In this document: positions 8,312 through 16,236 of the stretch, piece after piece | How the letters are laid out: every line of letters starts with the position of its first letter | Numbering within the stretch: the first letter of the stretch is position 1 | Source of the DNA: Bacteriovoracia bacterium | GTDB lineage: Bacteria > Bdellovibrionota > UBA1018 > JBFWNL01 | Reading direction: 5' to 3' | Assembly: GCA_050251055.1 (NCBI GenBank) | Contig: JBFWNL010000004.1 | Span: forward strand, 13,863-45,862 | Length of the DNA: 32,000 bases | Notes under the pieces: model-generated | What the model was told of the DNA's origin: nothing | Database searches by the model: none | What the model saw: the letters and a program-made list of their open reading frames with translations, nothing else | Position numbers and translations under genes: made by a program

Positions 8312-9142
8312 TTAGAGAAGCTTCAGAGCCGATTCGCTGTTGTGGTTCGCTTGACTGAGGACTGCGACACCTGCCGTGGACAGGATGTTGGACTTGGTCA
8401 ACTCGCTGACTTCCGTCGCCATATCCACGTCGTAGATCTGGCTGCGCGCCGCCGAGAGATTCTCGTCGTAGATGCGCAAGTTGTTGACCGTCGCTTGCAG
8501 TCGGTTCTGAAGCGCACCCATTTCGGCGCGATTCTCAGTCAGGACCTTGATGCCCATGTCGATCTTCTCGAGGTTGTTCTGGGCGGATTCTTTCGAAGCC
8601 ACCGTCATACCTTGGACCCCAAGGCGATCGGACGTGGTGTTGATTTTGGCCGTGTCGTAGACGAAGCGGTCTTCGCCCGGAATGTTGTTCAGACCCACTT
8701 GGACTTCCAACGGGGAACCTTCCCCAGTCAAGAGCTTGCGCCCGTTGAATTCCGTGGACCGAGAGATCCGGTCGATTTCACCGGTCATCGCTTGCACTTC
8801 TTTGTCGATGAAGCCGCGCTCCGTATCACCGATGGTGTCGGAAGCCGCTTGAATCGACAATTCGCGCAGGCGAATCATGATGTTCCCGATTTCATTCATG
8901 CCGCCTTCGGCCGTCTGAATGAGCGAGATACCGTCGTTAGCGTTGCGAACGTCCTGCCGCATGGAGCGGATTTGCGCGCGCATGCCTTCGGAGATCGCCA
9001 AGCCCGCGGCGTCATCGGCCGCGCGGGTAATGCGAGAACCCGAAGCCAACTTTTCCTGCGAGCGCTTTACAGAGTCATTCGATTGATTCAAATGACGTTG
9101 AGCACCTAACGATTGAACGTTAGTAGATACACGTAGACCCAT
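8312..9142 (-). CDS. Flagellin (copy 2); start reassigned to the internal ATG at 9142 instead of track start 9205
   Basis: MGLRVSTNVQSLGAQRHLNQSNDSVKRSQEKLASGSRITRAADDAAGLAISEGMRAQIRSMRQDVRNANDGISLIQTAEGGM; the upstream extension is not flagellin-like. Confidence 0.96.
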   Translation of the reverse strand: MGLRVSTNVQSLGAQRHLNQSNDSVKRSQEKLASGSRITRAADDAAGLAISEGMRAQIRSMRQDVRNANDGISLIQTAEGGMNEIGNIMIRLRELSIQAASDTIGDTERGFIDKEVQAMTGEIDRISRSTEFNGRKLLTGEGSPLEVQVGLNNIPGEDRFVYDTAKINTTSDRLGVQGMTVASKESAQNNLEKIDMGIKVLTENRAEMGALQNRLQATVNNLRIYDENLSAARSQIYDVDMATEVSELTKSNILSTAGVAVLSQANHNSESALKLL

Positions 9143-9346
9143 ACATACACCCCCATCATGAGCCCGACGGTCAGCGCACGAACGAGCCGCGCCCTCTGCG
9201 GTCATCCGCGGAAAGCGTACAGTTTCGCCCGAGCGCCTAGGCCGCGCCCCGATAGTTACTATTCAGTTGTGACGGGATTTGCTGTACCCCGTCGGAAGTT
9301 TGACGAAGCGAGACCCATTCTCACTCCTGCACCCTTCCTACTGACT

Positions 9347-9373
9347 AGATCGGTCGGATATTGATTTACTTTA
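9347..9373 (-). promoter_or_regulatory. Sigma-28 (FliA)-type promoter for flagellin copy 2
   Basis: Minus strand TAAAGTAA-N11-ACCGATCT: contains TAAAGT and CCGAT with exact 11-nt spacer. Confidence 0.65.
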
Positions 9374-9428
9374 GACTTTTTTACTCAGGTATTACGGCCT
9401 ATCTACCACAAATGGGCACATATCTAAT

Positions 9429-10484
9429 TCATTGTTTTATCTTAGATATTTTATTGGCCGCCTCATAGGGGTCGATCTTTCGCTGGACAAGCCGAGTCAC
9501 CAGCTTTTTACCCGGCGCACCAGCAAATGTGTTTTCGACCTTTTTTTGAAGTTTTTCAGTCAGGATATCTAGGGTCTCATTTTTTAGGAACTCTTCGAGC
9601 CGGCGGGTTCGTAGCCCGCTCCGGGTAAGGTAGGCCTGGTGCTGGTCGACAGCCCCGAGGAGGTCATCTATCCCCTCGTTTTCGACCGCCTTGGTCTTTT
9701 GAACCGGAATCTCCCAATGGGAGGACTGGCGGCCCGCCCCTTCCGTGTCCACCCCGGCATCCGTCGGGGCGTCTGCTAGGGTGTCTGCCATAGAGTCCGT
9801 TAGAGCGACCATGTTCTTGAGCTCTTTCACGAGCTTCTCGGCCTCAGGTCGGTCACTTTTATTCACGACGAAGACATCGGCGATCTCCATCAAACCCGCC
9901 TTCATCACCTGGATCGAGTCACCGCTCTCGGGCACGAGCGTGACGATCACCGTCTGCGCGAGCCTCAAAATATCGAGCTCGGTCTGCCCCACGCCCGCGG
10001 TTTCCACGAGCACGACATCGAAGCCAGCCGCATCCAATAAAAGCACCACTTCCTTCGTCGCATGGGAAAGCCCGCCATGTTTGCCGCGCGTGCCGAGCGA
10101 GCGAATATACACGCCCCTATCGCCGTAGTGCTGCTGCATGCGGATGCGGTCACCTAAAATGGCGCCGCCCGAAAATGGGCTCGAGGGATCCACGGCGACG
10201 ATCGCGACGCGCTTACCTTGCTTGCGCAGACGCACGGTCAGCTTATCGACCAAGGTGGACTTACCCGCGCCCGGCGGCCCCGTGATTCCCCAGACCTGCG
10301 CGCGGCCGGTTTTGGAAAACAGCATGCGAATGATTTCCGGCAGATCCTGGTCGCGGTTCTCGATCTTGGAAATGAGACGCGCTAGCGAAAGCCGATGACC
10401 GTCCATCATCTTCGAAACCAGCTCCGAGACGGCCGGCTTCTTCCGAATTTTCTGGGTTTTACCTGGACGAGCCATTACCCCCAA
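9429..10484 (-). CDS. meaB: MeaB/ArgK-type G3E GTPase (methylmalonyl-CoA mutase-associated)
   Basis: WGITGPPGAGKSTLVDKL Walker A; VAVDPSSPFSGGAILGDRIRM; FDVVLVETAGVGQTE; VFVVNKSD. Confidence 0.93.
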   Translation of the reverse strand: MGVMARPGKTQKIRKKPAVSELVSKMMDGHRLSLARLISKIENRDQDLPEIIRMLFSKTGRAQVWGITGPPGAGKSTLVDKLTVRLRKQGKRVAIVAVDPSSPFSGGAILGDRIRMQQHYGDRGVYIRSLGTRGKHGGLSHATKEVVLLLDAAGFDVVLVETAGVGQTELDILRLAQTVIVTLVPESGDSIQVMKAGLMEIADVFVVNKSDRPEAEKLVKELKNMVALTDSMADTLADAPTDAGVDTEGAGRQSSHWEIPVQKTKAVENEGIDDLLGAVDQHQAYLTRSGLRTRRLEEFLKNETLDILTEKLQKKVENTFAGAPGKKLVTRLVQRKIDPYEAANKISKIKQ

Positions 10485-10564
10485 TTTCTAGGGTGTTTCG
10501 GCCGAAAAGGCAAACTTATGGATAACCGCGCGCACTTTCAGGCAGCTAACTCCATCTCACAAAA

Positions 10565-11584
10565 CTAAAAAACCTGCTGAAACGTCGGCTCGGCGGGAGC
10601 CGCCTCTTTATTTGATTTTACTGGGGGTTTCGCGCCGGCCGGAGCGCGCGACGGGGCCGGGGGCACGATGGCGGCGGCCTTTTCACCCACGCCTAGGCTT
10701 TTCTCCGCCTCGCCACCCGGGGGCGGGGGGAGCGCGGGGGCGGCTGGGGTCTCGGCCGTGTTCATGGCGGCGTTAGCCGGACCAGACGTGGGAACGCCCG
10801 GGGCGGGAGTCGATTCGGGCGGCGCCGGCGCATCGAAATCCATCGCGAACGCTTTTTCCTTCTCTTCCTTCGCCTTGGCTTCCGCTTCTTTTTTCTTGGC
10901 GAGCTCAATTTCCGCCAGGCGCTTCGGTTCCATGATCGCGTACTTATCCAAAACGGAACCTTGCTCCTCGTCCCGGCGCGCGAGCGAGAACGGATTCTGA
11001 ACCTCTTCGACCAGCTCCTTGGACATGGCCGGGCCGACGAGCACGCGGCGGTAGAAAACATACTCGCTGATCATGCGATACTGCTTGATCGCCCAGCGTA
11101 GGTAGCGGGGGTCTTTGTATTCCGCGCGAAAAGCGCGGGAAATCGGCGTGAGGAAATCGAACGTCTCGAGCACGGCTTTCTGGCGCTCTTCGACATAAAA
11201 TGATTGTGAAAGACGCTCCTGCAGCTTGCGAATTTTATGGAAGAAGCACCAGTGATACTTCACCGCATCCTGCTGCACGAGCTCGCGCGCGCCCTTGAAA
11301 ACTTCTTCCTTGCTGTTCGTCGCCGTCTGCAGCTTCTTAAAATTTTCGTCGCAGTTCTCGAGATCCTTGGCCACCGGCGCTTCCTTCCGAATGAAGAGCG
11401 CGTTCAAATCACCGATGTCGTAGGTCTCGGGATAGGGGACCTGCACAAAGCCGGGAACTTCCGGTAGCGGCTCCATCGGGCGCACTTCCTGCGTGCCGCA
11501 ACCCGCGGTCAAACCGAGCGCGACGGCGCCGAGGCCAATGAGCCCGAGCCGAAGGTGGGTGGAAGTTTGACGCTTCATAGACAC
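10565..11584 (-). CDS. Predicted lipoprotein with Ala/Pro/Lys/Glu-rich C-terminal region
   Basis: Signal peptide plus lipobox (LRLGLIGLGAVALGLTAGC); charged linker KKKEAEAKAKEEKEK and Pro/Ala-rich tail. Confidence 0.7.
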   Translation of the reverse strand: MSMKRQTSTHLRLGLIGLGAVALGLTAGCGTQEVRPMEPLPEVPGFVQVPYPETYDIGDLNALFIRKEAPVAKDLENCDENFKKLQTATNSKEEVFKGARELVQQDAVKYHWCFFHKIRKLQERLSQSFYVEERQKAVLETFDFLTPISRAFRAEYKDPRYLRWAIKQYRMISEYVFYRRVLVGPAMSKELVEEVQNPFSLARRDEEQGSVLDKYAIMEPKRLAEIELAKKKEAEAKAKEEKEKAFAMDFDAPAPPESTPAPGVPTSGPANAAMNTAETPAAPALPPPPGGEAEKSLGVGEKAAAIVPPAPSRAPAGAKPPVKSNKEAAPAEPTFQQVF

Positions 11585-11790
11585 TGTCTCCAGTAGTCCT
11601 ATCGGAAACCTGACTAGGCGAGTAAACTACCTTAATAATTTTTTGACGCTATAAAAGCTCTATTAAGTCCACGCATTAGCCGCTCGACGGCGAAAATCGC
11701 CAGTTCTACACCAGCGTCAAAGCTCGGCAATCATTCAGGAATCAAGAAGATCAGCGGGCTTACCGAAAAAGAAAATGAGGAATGGTGCCC

Positions 11791-13017
11791 ATGAAGGCCT
11801 GGTTCGTACTACTCACGATCATTAATACAGGTTCCGCGTTCGCGGCGGATCCTCCTACGTCAGCCGCGCCCGCGCCTTCCGCCTCTTCGCCGGCCGCCGC
11901 GACCACGCCGCCCCCGGCTTCCGGCACTACCCAAGCGACGACGGCGAATCCCACGGGAAATCCGAATCAAGGCAAGCCGACGCAATCGACGTTCGCGCCG
12001 GCCGCCGACAAAGATCAAAAGACGCGCAACTTCTATCAGGTGCTCGAAGACGTGATGGGCGATTTCGAATACGACCTAAAAAATGGACAGGTACGCGGCG
12101 TAAAAGATGTTTCCATCCGCGCTATCGCCACGAGCGAGAACGTGCCGCCTTCATTCAAACGCCAGCTCGAGATCTTGCTCACCGAGCGCGTGATCAAGAA
12201 TACGCAAAGCCGCGTGATCCAGTGCCTGCCTTGCCAATCGAAAAAAGCCACCTTGAGCGGCGACAACGTCGTGATCTCTTCCAACGAGCACAACGCGGTC
12301 GAGCTCGCGCGCCTGGCGAAAATCCACGGCATCGCTAGCTATATGGACGTGGCGTTCTCGTACCAGCCCACGGGGCTGTTGCTCTCGATCGCCATCATGG
12401 ACGCCGAGAATAGCGCCATCCTGTGGTCGCGCAGCTACAATTCGGAAACCTCACGCGCCGAGGCCTTCCGCCGTGGCGTGGACTACACGCAGGTCGACGA
12501 GGCCCGCCGCAAGGAAAGTTACGAGCCCACCACGCAATACCGCCCGACTTTGTATTATCTCTTCGAGAAGGACATCAGCTCTTACAGCGGGATGCTCGGG
12601 CTCGGTTTCCGCATGGTGGAGCGCTATGACAATCGGAAAAAAGAAGTCGGCTTCGAAATCAACTACCTGCTCAGTACGTCGACGCTCACCGGCGGCTCCG
12701 CCACTGCCACCACTACCCCGAGCGTGTACGGGGGGTTTAATGTCACGATGCTCTTCGTGCACGCATGGAACTTCATCGGGGATCTGGAAAACTACAACAA
12801 ACCGCGCGGAAGCATCTCGGTCGGCCTGGGCGGCACTTATTCGTCGGGTTTTTTGGGAGCGCTGCTTCGCACGGGTTACGAGTGGCGTTTGGGCAAGCAT
12901 TGGGCGGTTACGGCGATCCTAGGTTACCGACCGCCGTCCACCGCGTTTATTTCAGGAAGTGAAGCTGGCTCCGTTTCGGGGCTGGAGTTTGGAGTGGGGA
13001 TTAGTGCGTTACTTTAA
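11791..13017 (+). CDS. Secreted/outer-membrane protein: CsgG/FlgO-like N-terminal region and beta-barrel-like C-terminus (track start 11782; ATG at 11791 fits the upstream GAGGAA better)
   Basis: Signal peptide (MKAWFVLLTIINTGSAFAADP), Pro/Ala/Thr linker, DVSIRAIATSENVPPSFKRQLEILLTERVI...ELARLAKIHGIASYMDVAFSYQPTGLLLSIAIMDAENSAILWSRSYNSE (CsgG/FlgO-like pattern by eye), then alternating amphipathic Gly/aromatic strands to a hydrophobic C-terminus. Confidence 0.6.
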   Translation: MKAWFVLLTIINTGSAFAADPPTSAAPAPSASSPAAATTPPPASGTTQATTANPTGNPNQGKPTQSTFAPAADKDQKTRNFYQVLEDVMGDFEYDLKNGQVRGVKDVSIRAIATSENVPPSFKRQLEILLTERVIKNTQSRVIQCLPCQSKKATLSGDNVVISSNEHNAVELARLAKIHGIASYMDVAFSYQPTGLLLSIAIMDAENSAILWSRSYNSETSRAEAFRRGVDYTQVDEARRKESYEPTTQYRPTLYYLFEKDISSYSGMLGLGFRMVERYDNRKKEVGFEINYLLSTSTLTGGSATATTTPSVYGGFNVTMLFVHAWNFIGDLENYNKPRGSISVGLGGTYSSGFLGALLRTGYEWRLGKHWAVTAILGYRPPSTAFISGSEAGSVSGLEFGVGISALL

Positions 13018-13813
13018 GGAAGCGATACACACCACCCGGGCAAGCCGGGCCGTACGAGGCGCAGCGCTCACGCTGCTGGCCGTCGTGTGTGCCGCGTTTC
13101 CCCAAGGCTGCGCCTCCATGAAGAACGCTCTAGGCTTAAACAACAATCAGCAGGAACCTTCGAAACCCATCGAAGACCCGTTTGGAAACTTCTACGAAGC
13201 GGCCAAGCACCGCAACGAAAATGTGATTTTACGCACGAAAAAAGGTGACCGCTCCATTGAGGTGGAGATGCCTTCGCGCGGTGAAGAGCAGCTCGCCGAT
13301 CTGGTGGTCCCGATGTCGCCCCAGTTCGCCGACACCGGCTCCGGCCGCGGCCCCGCCTCAACGGGGGACGGCTACGGCCTGGACGCGAAGTACCAGGAGC
13401 AACGGCCTGGCCTTACGGACCGCGAAATCGCCCAGAGCATGCCCCAAGGCAGCCCGGAAATGGCCGGGAAACGCAGCGAAATCGAAGAGGGTTTGGGCCT
13501 GGTGGGCGCCGACGATTCCGCCCCCGAAAACGATAAGAGTTATCTGGCCGCGATCGACTACATTAAGCAGCTCTATAAGAGCCGGCGTTACGAGGCGGCG
13601 CTCATCGAGATCGATCGCATGCTCCCTCGCTATCCGACGGACGCGAAGCTCTATGAGATGCGCGGGACCCTGCTCGCGAAGCTGGGCTACGAAGATCTAG
13701 CGATGAAGTCGTGGGAGCAAGCCCTGTCCCTGAACCCGCGTAACAAGTCGTTAGCCAAGTTTCTGCAAGCCCGGAAGGATCCATTGAGAAGGGGGACGGC
13801 GTCATCGCCCTAA
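13004..13813 (+). CDS. TPR-containing lipoprotein (track start 12959; GTG at 13004 favoured)
   Basis: Hydrophobic signal then ...VVCAAFPQGC; TPR-like YKSRRYEAALIEIDRMLPRYPTDAKLYEMRGTLLAKLGYEDLAMKSWEQALSLNPRN; GGAGTGGGG before GTG; short overlap with upstream ORF. Confidence 0.7.
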   Translation: MRYFKEAIHTTRASRAVRGAALTLLAVVCAAFPQGCASMKNALGLNNNQQEPSKPIEDPFGNFYEAAKHRNENVILRTKKGDRSIEVEMPSRGEEQLADLVVPMSPQFADTGSGRGPASTGDGYGLDAKYQEQRPGLTDREIAQSMPQGSPEMAGKRSEIEEGLGLVGADDSAPENDKSYLAAIDYIKQLYKSRRYEAALIEIDRMLPRYPTDAKLYEMRGTLLAKLGYEDLAMKSWEQALSLNPRNKSLAKFLQARKDPLRRGTASSP

Positions 13814-16236
13814 TGAATATGGTGAAGCATTCCTTCAACTACCGCCAAATCATTCTCTGGGGGCTGACCCTTTATCTCACGCTCGCCACGCCGTTCGCCT
13901 TCGGCAGCAGCTATCAGGACTACGAGCGCGTGAAACGCGCTTCCGAAACCCAAGTGCGCAACATCGTGCAGCCGCTCGTTTCTAAATACTGCCAAGACCA
14001 ATGCGAGCTCTTGAACGTCGAGGCGGAAGTAAAGACGGATGATCCGGCGGCGATCGCCCCGGGGTTCGAGGACACGGACACCGCTGGCGGCTTACGCCTG
14101 GTGCCGGCGGTCGTGCGGGTGAAGCTCTTGATCGACGAGATGGTCGGCCCCAACCTGCGCCGTAACCTCATTGACCTCATCCATAAGCACCTCAACGCGA
14201 TGGAATATCCGGTGGCGATCGACACTACGCTCACGCGCTTCCCGCAACCCTTGAACTCCGCACGCAAGGTCGCTGAGCTGCGGGACAAGGTCACGAAACA
14301 ATTCAAAGAAACGCTGGGCCAGCTTTTCAACCAATTCTGTCCTGAGCAATGCCTCCTGGCCGACTATGACATTAAGGTCGAACCGGTTAACTTAGAGGAA
14401 ACGCAGTACGGTTCCTCGGGCGAATACGTGCAGGACGGCGACACCGCGATCCGCGTGAAGAAAGTGACCGGCACGGTGCTCCTCGACACGACGCTCACGC
14501 CCGACGAGCAAAACAACATCATTGAAATGACGAAGCTCAAGACGAGCTACCTCAAGAACGTCGAGCTCATGGCCCAAACCATGACGTTTCCGCATCCACT
14601 ACCGTTCGAAGGCGACGGAAAGCTGGGCGTGGGTCGCGGAGGGCTGGCGGGCCGCGGGGGCAAGAGCCTCTCGGAATCGCGCTCGCTCGCCTCCAACAGC
14701 GACTCCAAGTCGACCTTAAGCAAGCTCGATAAGCAAAATTCCACCAGCAACAGCACGAATAGCAACAACAGCACCAACAGCAGCTCGAACAACGTCAACA
14801 GCAAGGACGCGATCGAGAAAAATGAAAACGCCACGAAGAACGAAAAGTTCGAGCGCTACGAGAAGATCGAGCGCGTGGAAGACGGCGATGCCGTTCAAGA
14901 ACAGCTCAAACGATACGGCCTAATCGCCCTGGTTTTCGGCTGTTCCGTGGTGGCGCTCATGGTGCTCATGTGGATCGCGCTGGCGCGTCGCAACGACCGC
15001 GGTCGCGCGGGCGGACTGCCGCGCTTTATCCAGGGGATCACCCCCGAGTTCCTGCAGCCCAAGGCGCCCGCCGCCGGCGATGGCGGCGTCGGATCCGGTC
15101 GTGGCGAGCTCATCGCCAAGCGGTACGAGATCGAGCAGCTTTGCGAAGAGCTTACCAAGGTGTTTGCCGAGCAGCCCAAGGTGGCCAAACACGTCTTTAC
15201 CCGCATCCTGACCGAAGAGGGCGTCGAAATCACCGCCGACTACCTCGCGATCTTTGGCGAAACGATCGTCATGGACATGTTGCGCGATCCGAACCTACAG
15301 CGTGACTTGACCGAACTGATGGAGTTCTTCGCGAAGAATCAGATTGAGCTCAACGACGACGAGAAACTCGATCGCTTAAAACGGTTGCACAACCGCACGG
15401 TCGCTTCGAAGCTGATCGTGATGGGCAAACGTACGTCCAACTCGTTCGAGTTCCTGTTCGACATGGACAGCCTGCAGGTGTTGGAGCTGATCAAGAACGA
15501 ATCCGTCACCGTGAAGGCGATCGTCATCACGCAATGCGACCCGCAGAAGCGCACGGCTATCTTCAACCATCTGGACGAGCCGACGCGCATGAAGCTCCTG
15601 AACGAACTCTCGCGTATCGACTACCTGCCGCGCGACTACATCTTCAACGTGGCCAACGCTCTCAAGCGCAAGCGTCAGGACAACCCGAAGCTCAACACGG
15701 AAGCCCTGCCGGGATCCGACGTGCTGGTCGGATTGCTCGAACGCACGCCCTTCGATATTCAACGCAATGTCGTGCAACAGCTCGAAGCCACCAACCCCGA
15801 CAACGCCCGGGCGGTCAAGAGCAAGCTCGTCAGCATCGACACGCTCACGTATCTACGCGATGCCCAGCTGCTCGAGATGGTCATGGGCCTGAAGCATGAC
15901 GAGCTCCTGCAGTTCCTGAAAGGCGCGCCGAAGCATATCTGCGACACGATCTACCGCAAGGCTCCGAAGGAGCTCGTCGAAGAACTCAACGAAGAGTTGG
16001 GATCGGTGTCCGAAGTGGGACGCGATGCCTACCAGACCATCGAGCGTAAGCTCATCAATCGCATCAAAGTCATGGCCAACGAGGGCCACATCAACCTCGT
16101 GGAAACCAACGAGCGGATGTTCACCGATCGGCAAAGCAACGTCGAGGCGATCACCCGCGGCGGCCAGGGCGGCGACGGCAACACCGGTGGCATGACGGGC
16201 ACGGGCGGGCAGTTCAAGAAAGTGGCGGGTTGGTGA
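13813..16236 (+). CDS. Membrane-anchored FliG-like protein: signal peptide, two duplicated extracytoplasmic CxxxC modules (FliF/ring-building-motif-like by eye), Ser/Asn linker, TM helix, FliG-like cytoplasmic region
   Basis: 807 aa. TAATG overlap with upstream gene. TM approx residues 370-391 (LIALVFGCSVVALMVLMWIALA). FliG-M/C-like: FEFLFDMDSLQVLELIKNESVTVKAIVITQCDPQKRTAIFNHLDEPTRMKLLNELSRID and LRDAQLLEMVMGLKHDELLQFLKGAPKHICDTIYRKAPKELVEELNEELG. Confidence 0.8.
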   Translation: MNMVKHSFNYRQIILWGLTLYLTLATPFAFGSSYQDYERVKRASETQVRNIVQPLVSKYCQDQCELLNVEAEVKTDDPAAIAPGFEDTDTAGGLRLVPAVVRVKLLIDEMVGPNLRRNLIDLIHKHLNAMEYPVAIDTTLTRFPQPLNSARKVAELRDKVTKQFKETLGQLFNQFCPEQCLLADYDIKVEPVNLEETQYGSSGEYVQDGDTAIRVKKVTGTVLLDTTLTPDEQNNIIEMTKLKTSYLKNVELMAQTMTFPHPLPFEGDGKLGVGRGGLAGRGGKSLSESRSLASNSDSKSTLSKLDKQNSTSNSTNSNNSTNSSSNNVNSKDAIEKNENATKNEKFERYEKIERVEDGDAVQEQLKRYGLIALVFGCSVVALMVLMWIALARRNDRGRAGGLPRFIQGITPEFLQPKAPAAGDGGVGSGRGELIAKRYEIEQLCEELTKVFAEQPKVAKHVFTRILTEEGVEITADYLAIFGETIVMDMLRDPNLQRDLTELMEFFAKNQIELNDDEKLDRLKRLHNRTVASKLIVMGKRTSNSFEFLFDMDSLQVLELIKNESVTVKAIVITQCDPQKRTAIFNHLDEPTRMKLLNELSRIDYLPRDYIFNVANALKRKRQDNPKLNTEALPGSDVLVGLLERTPFDIQRNVVQQLEATNPDNARAVKSKLVSIDTLTYLRDAQLLEMVMGLKHDELLQFLKGAPKHICDTIYRKAPKELVEELNEELGSVSEVGRDAYQTIERKLINRIKVMANEGHINLVETNERMFTDRQSNVEAITRGGQGGDGNTGGMTGTGGQFKKVAGW

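Noticed and set aside
7007-9109. Long plus-strand ORFs (269, 239, 255 aa) opposite both flagellin genes
   Set aside because: Translations are shadow-like, no recognisable domains, and the minus strand encodes unmistakable flagellins. High GC with strong codon bias creates antisense open frames.
11599-11635. Possible sigma-28 promoter for the divergent lipoprotein (CCGATAGG on the minus strand)
   Set aside because: The -10-like box is good but no matching TAAAGTTT box occurs at 11-nt spacing.
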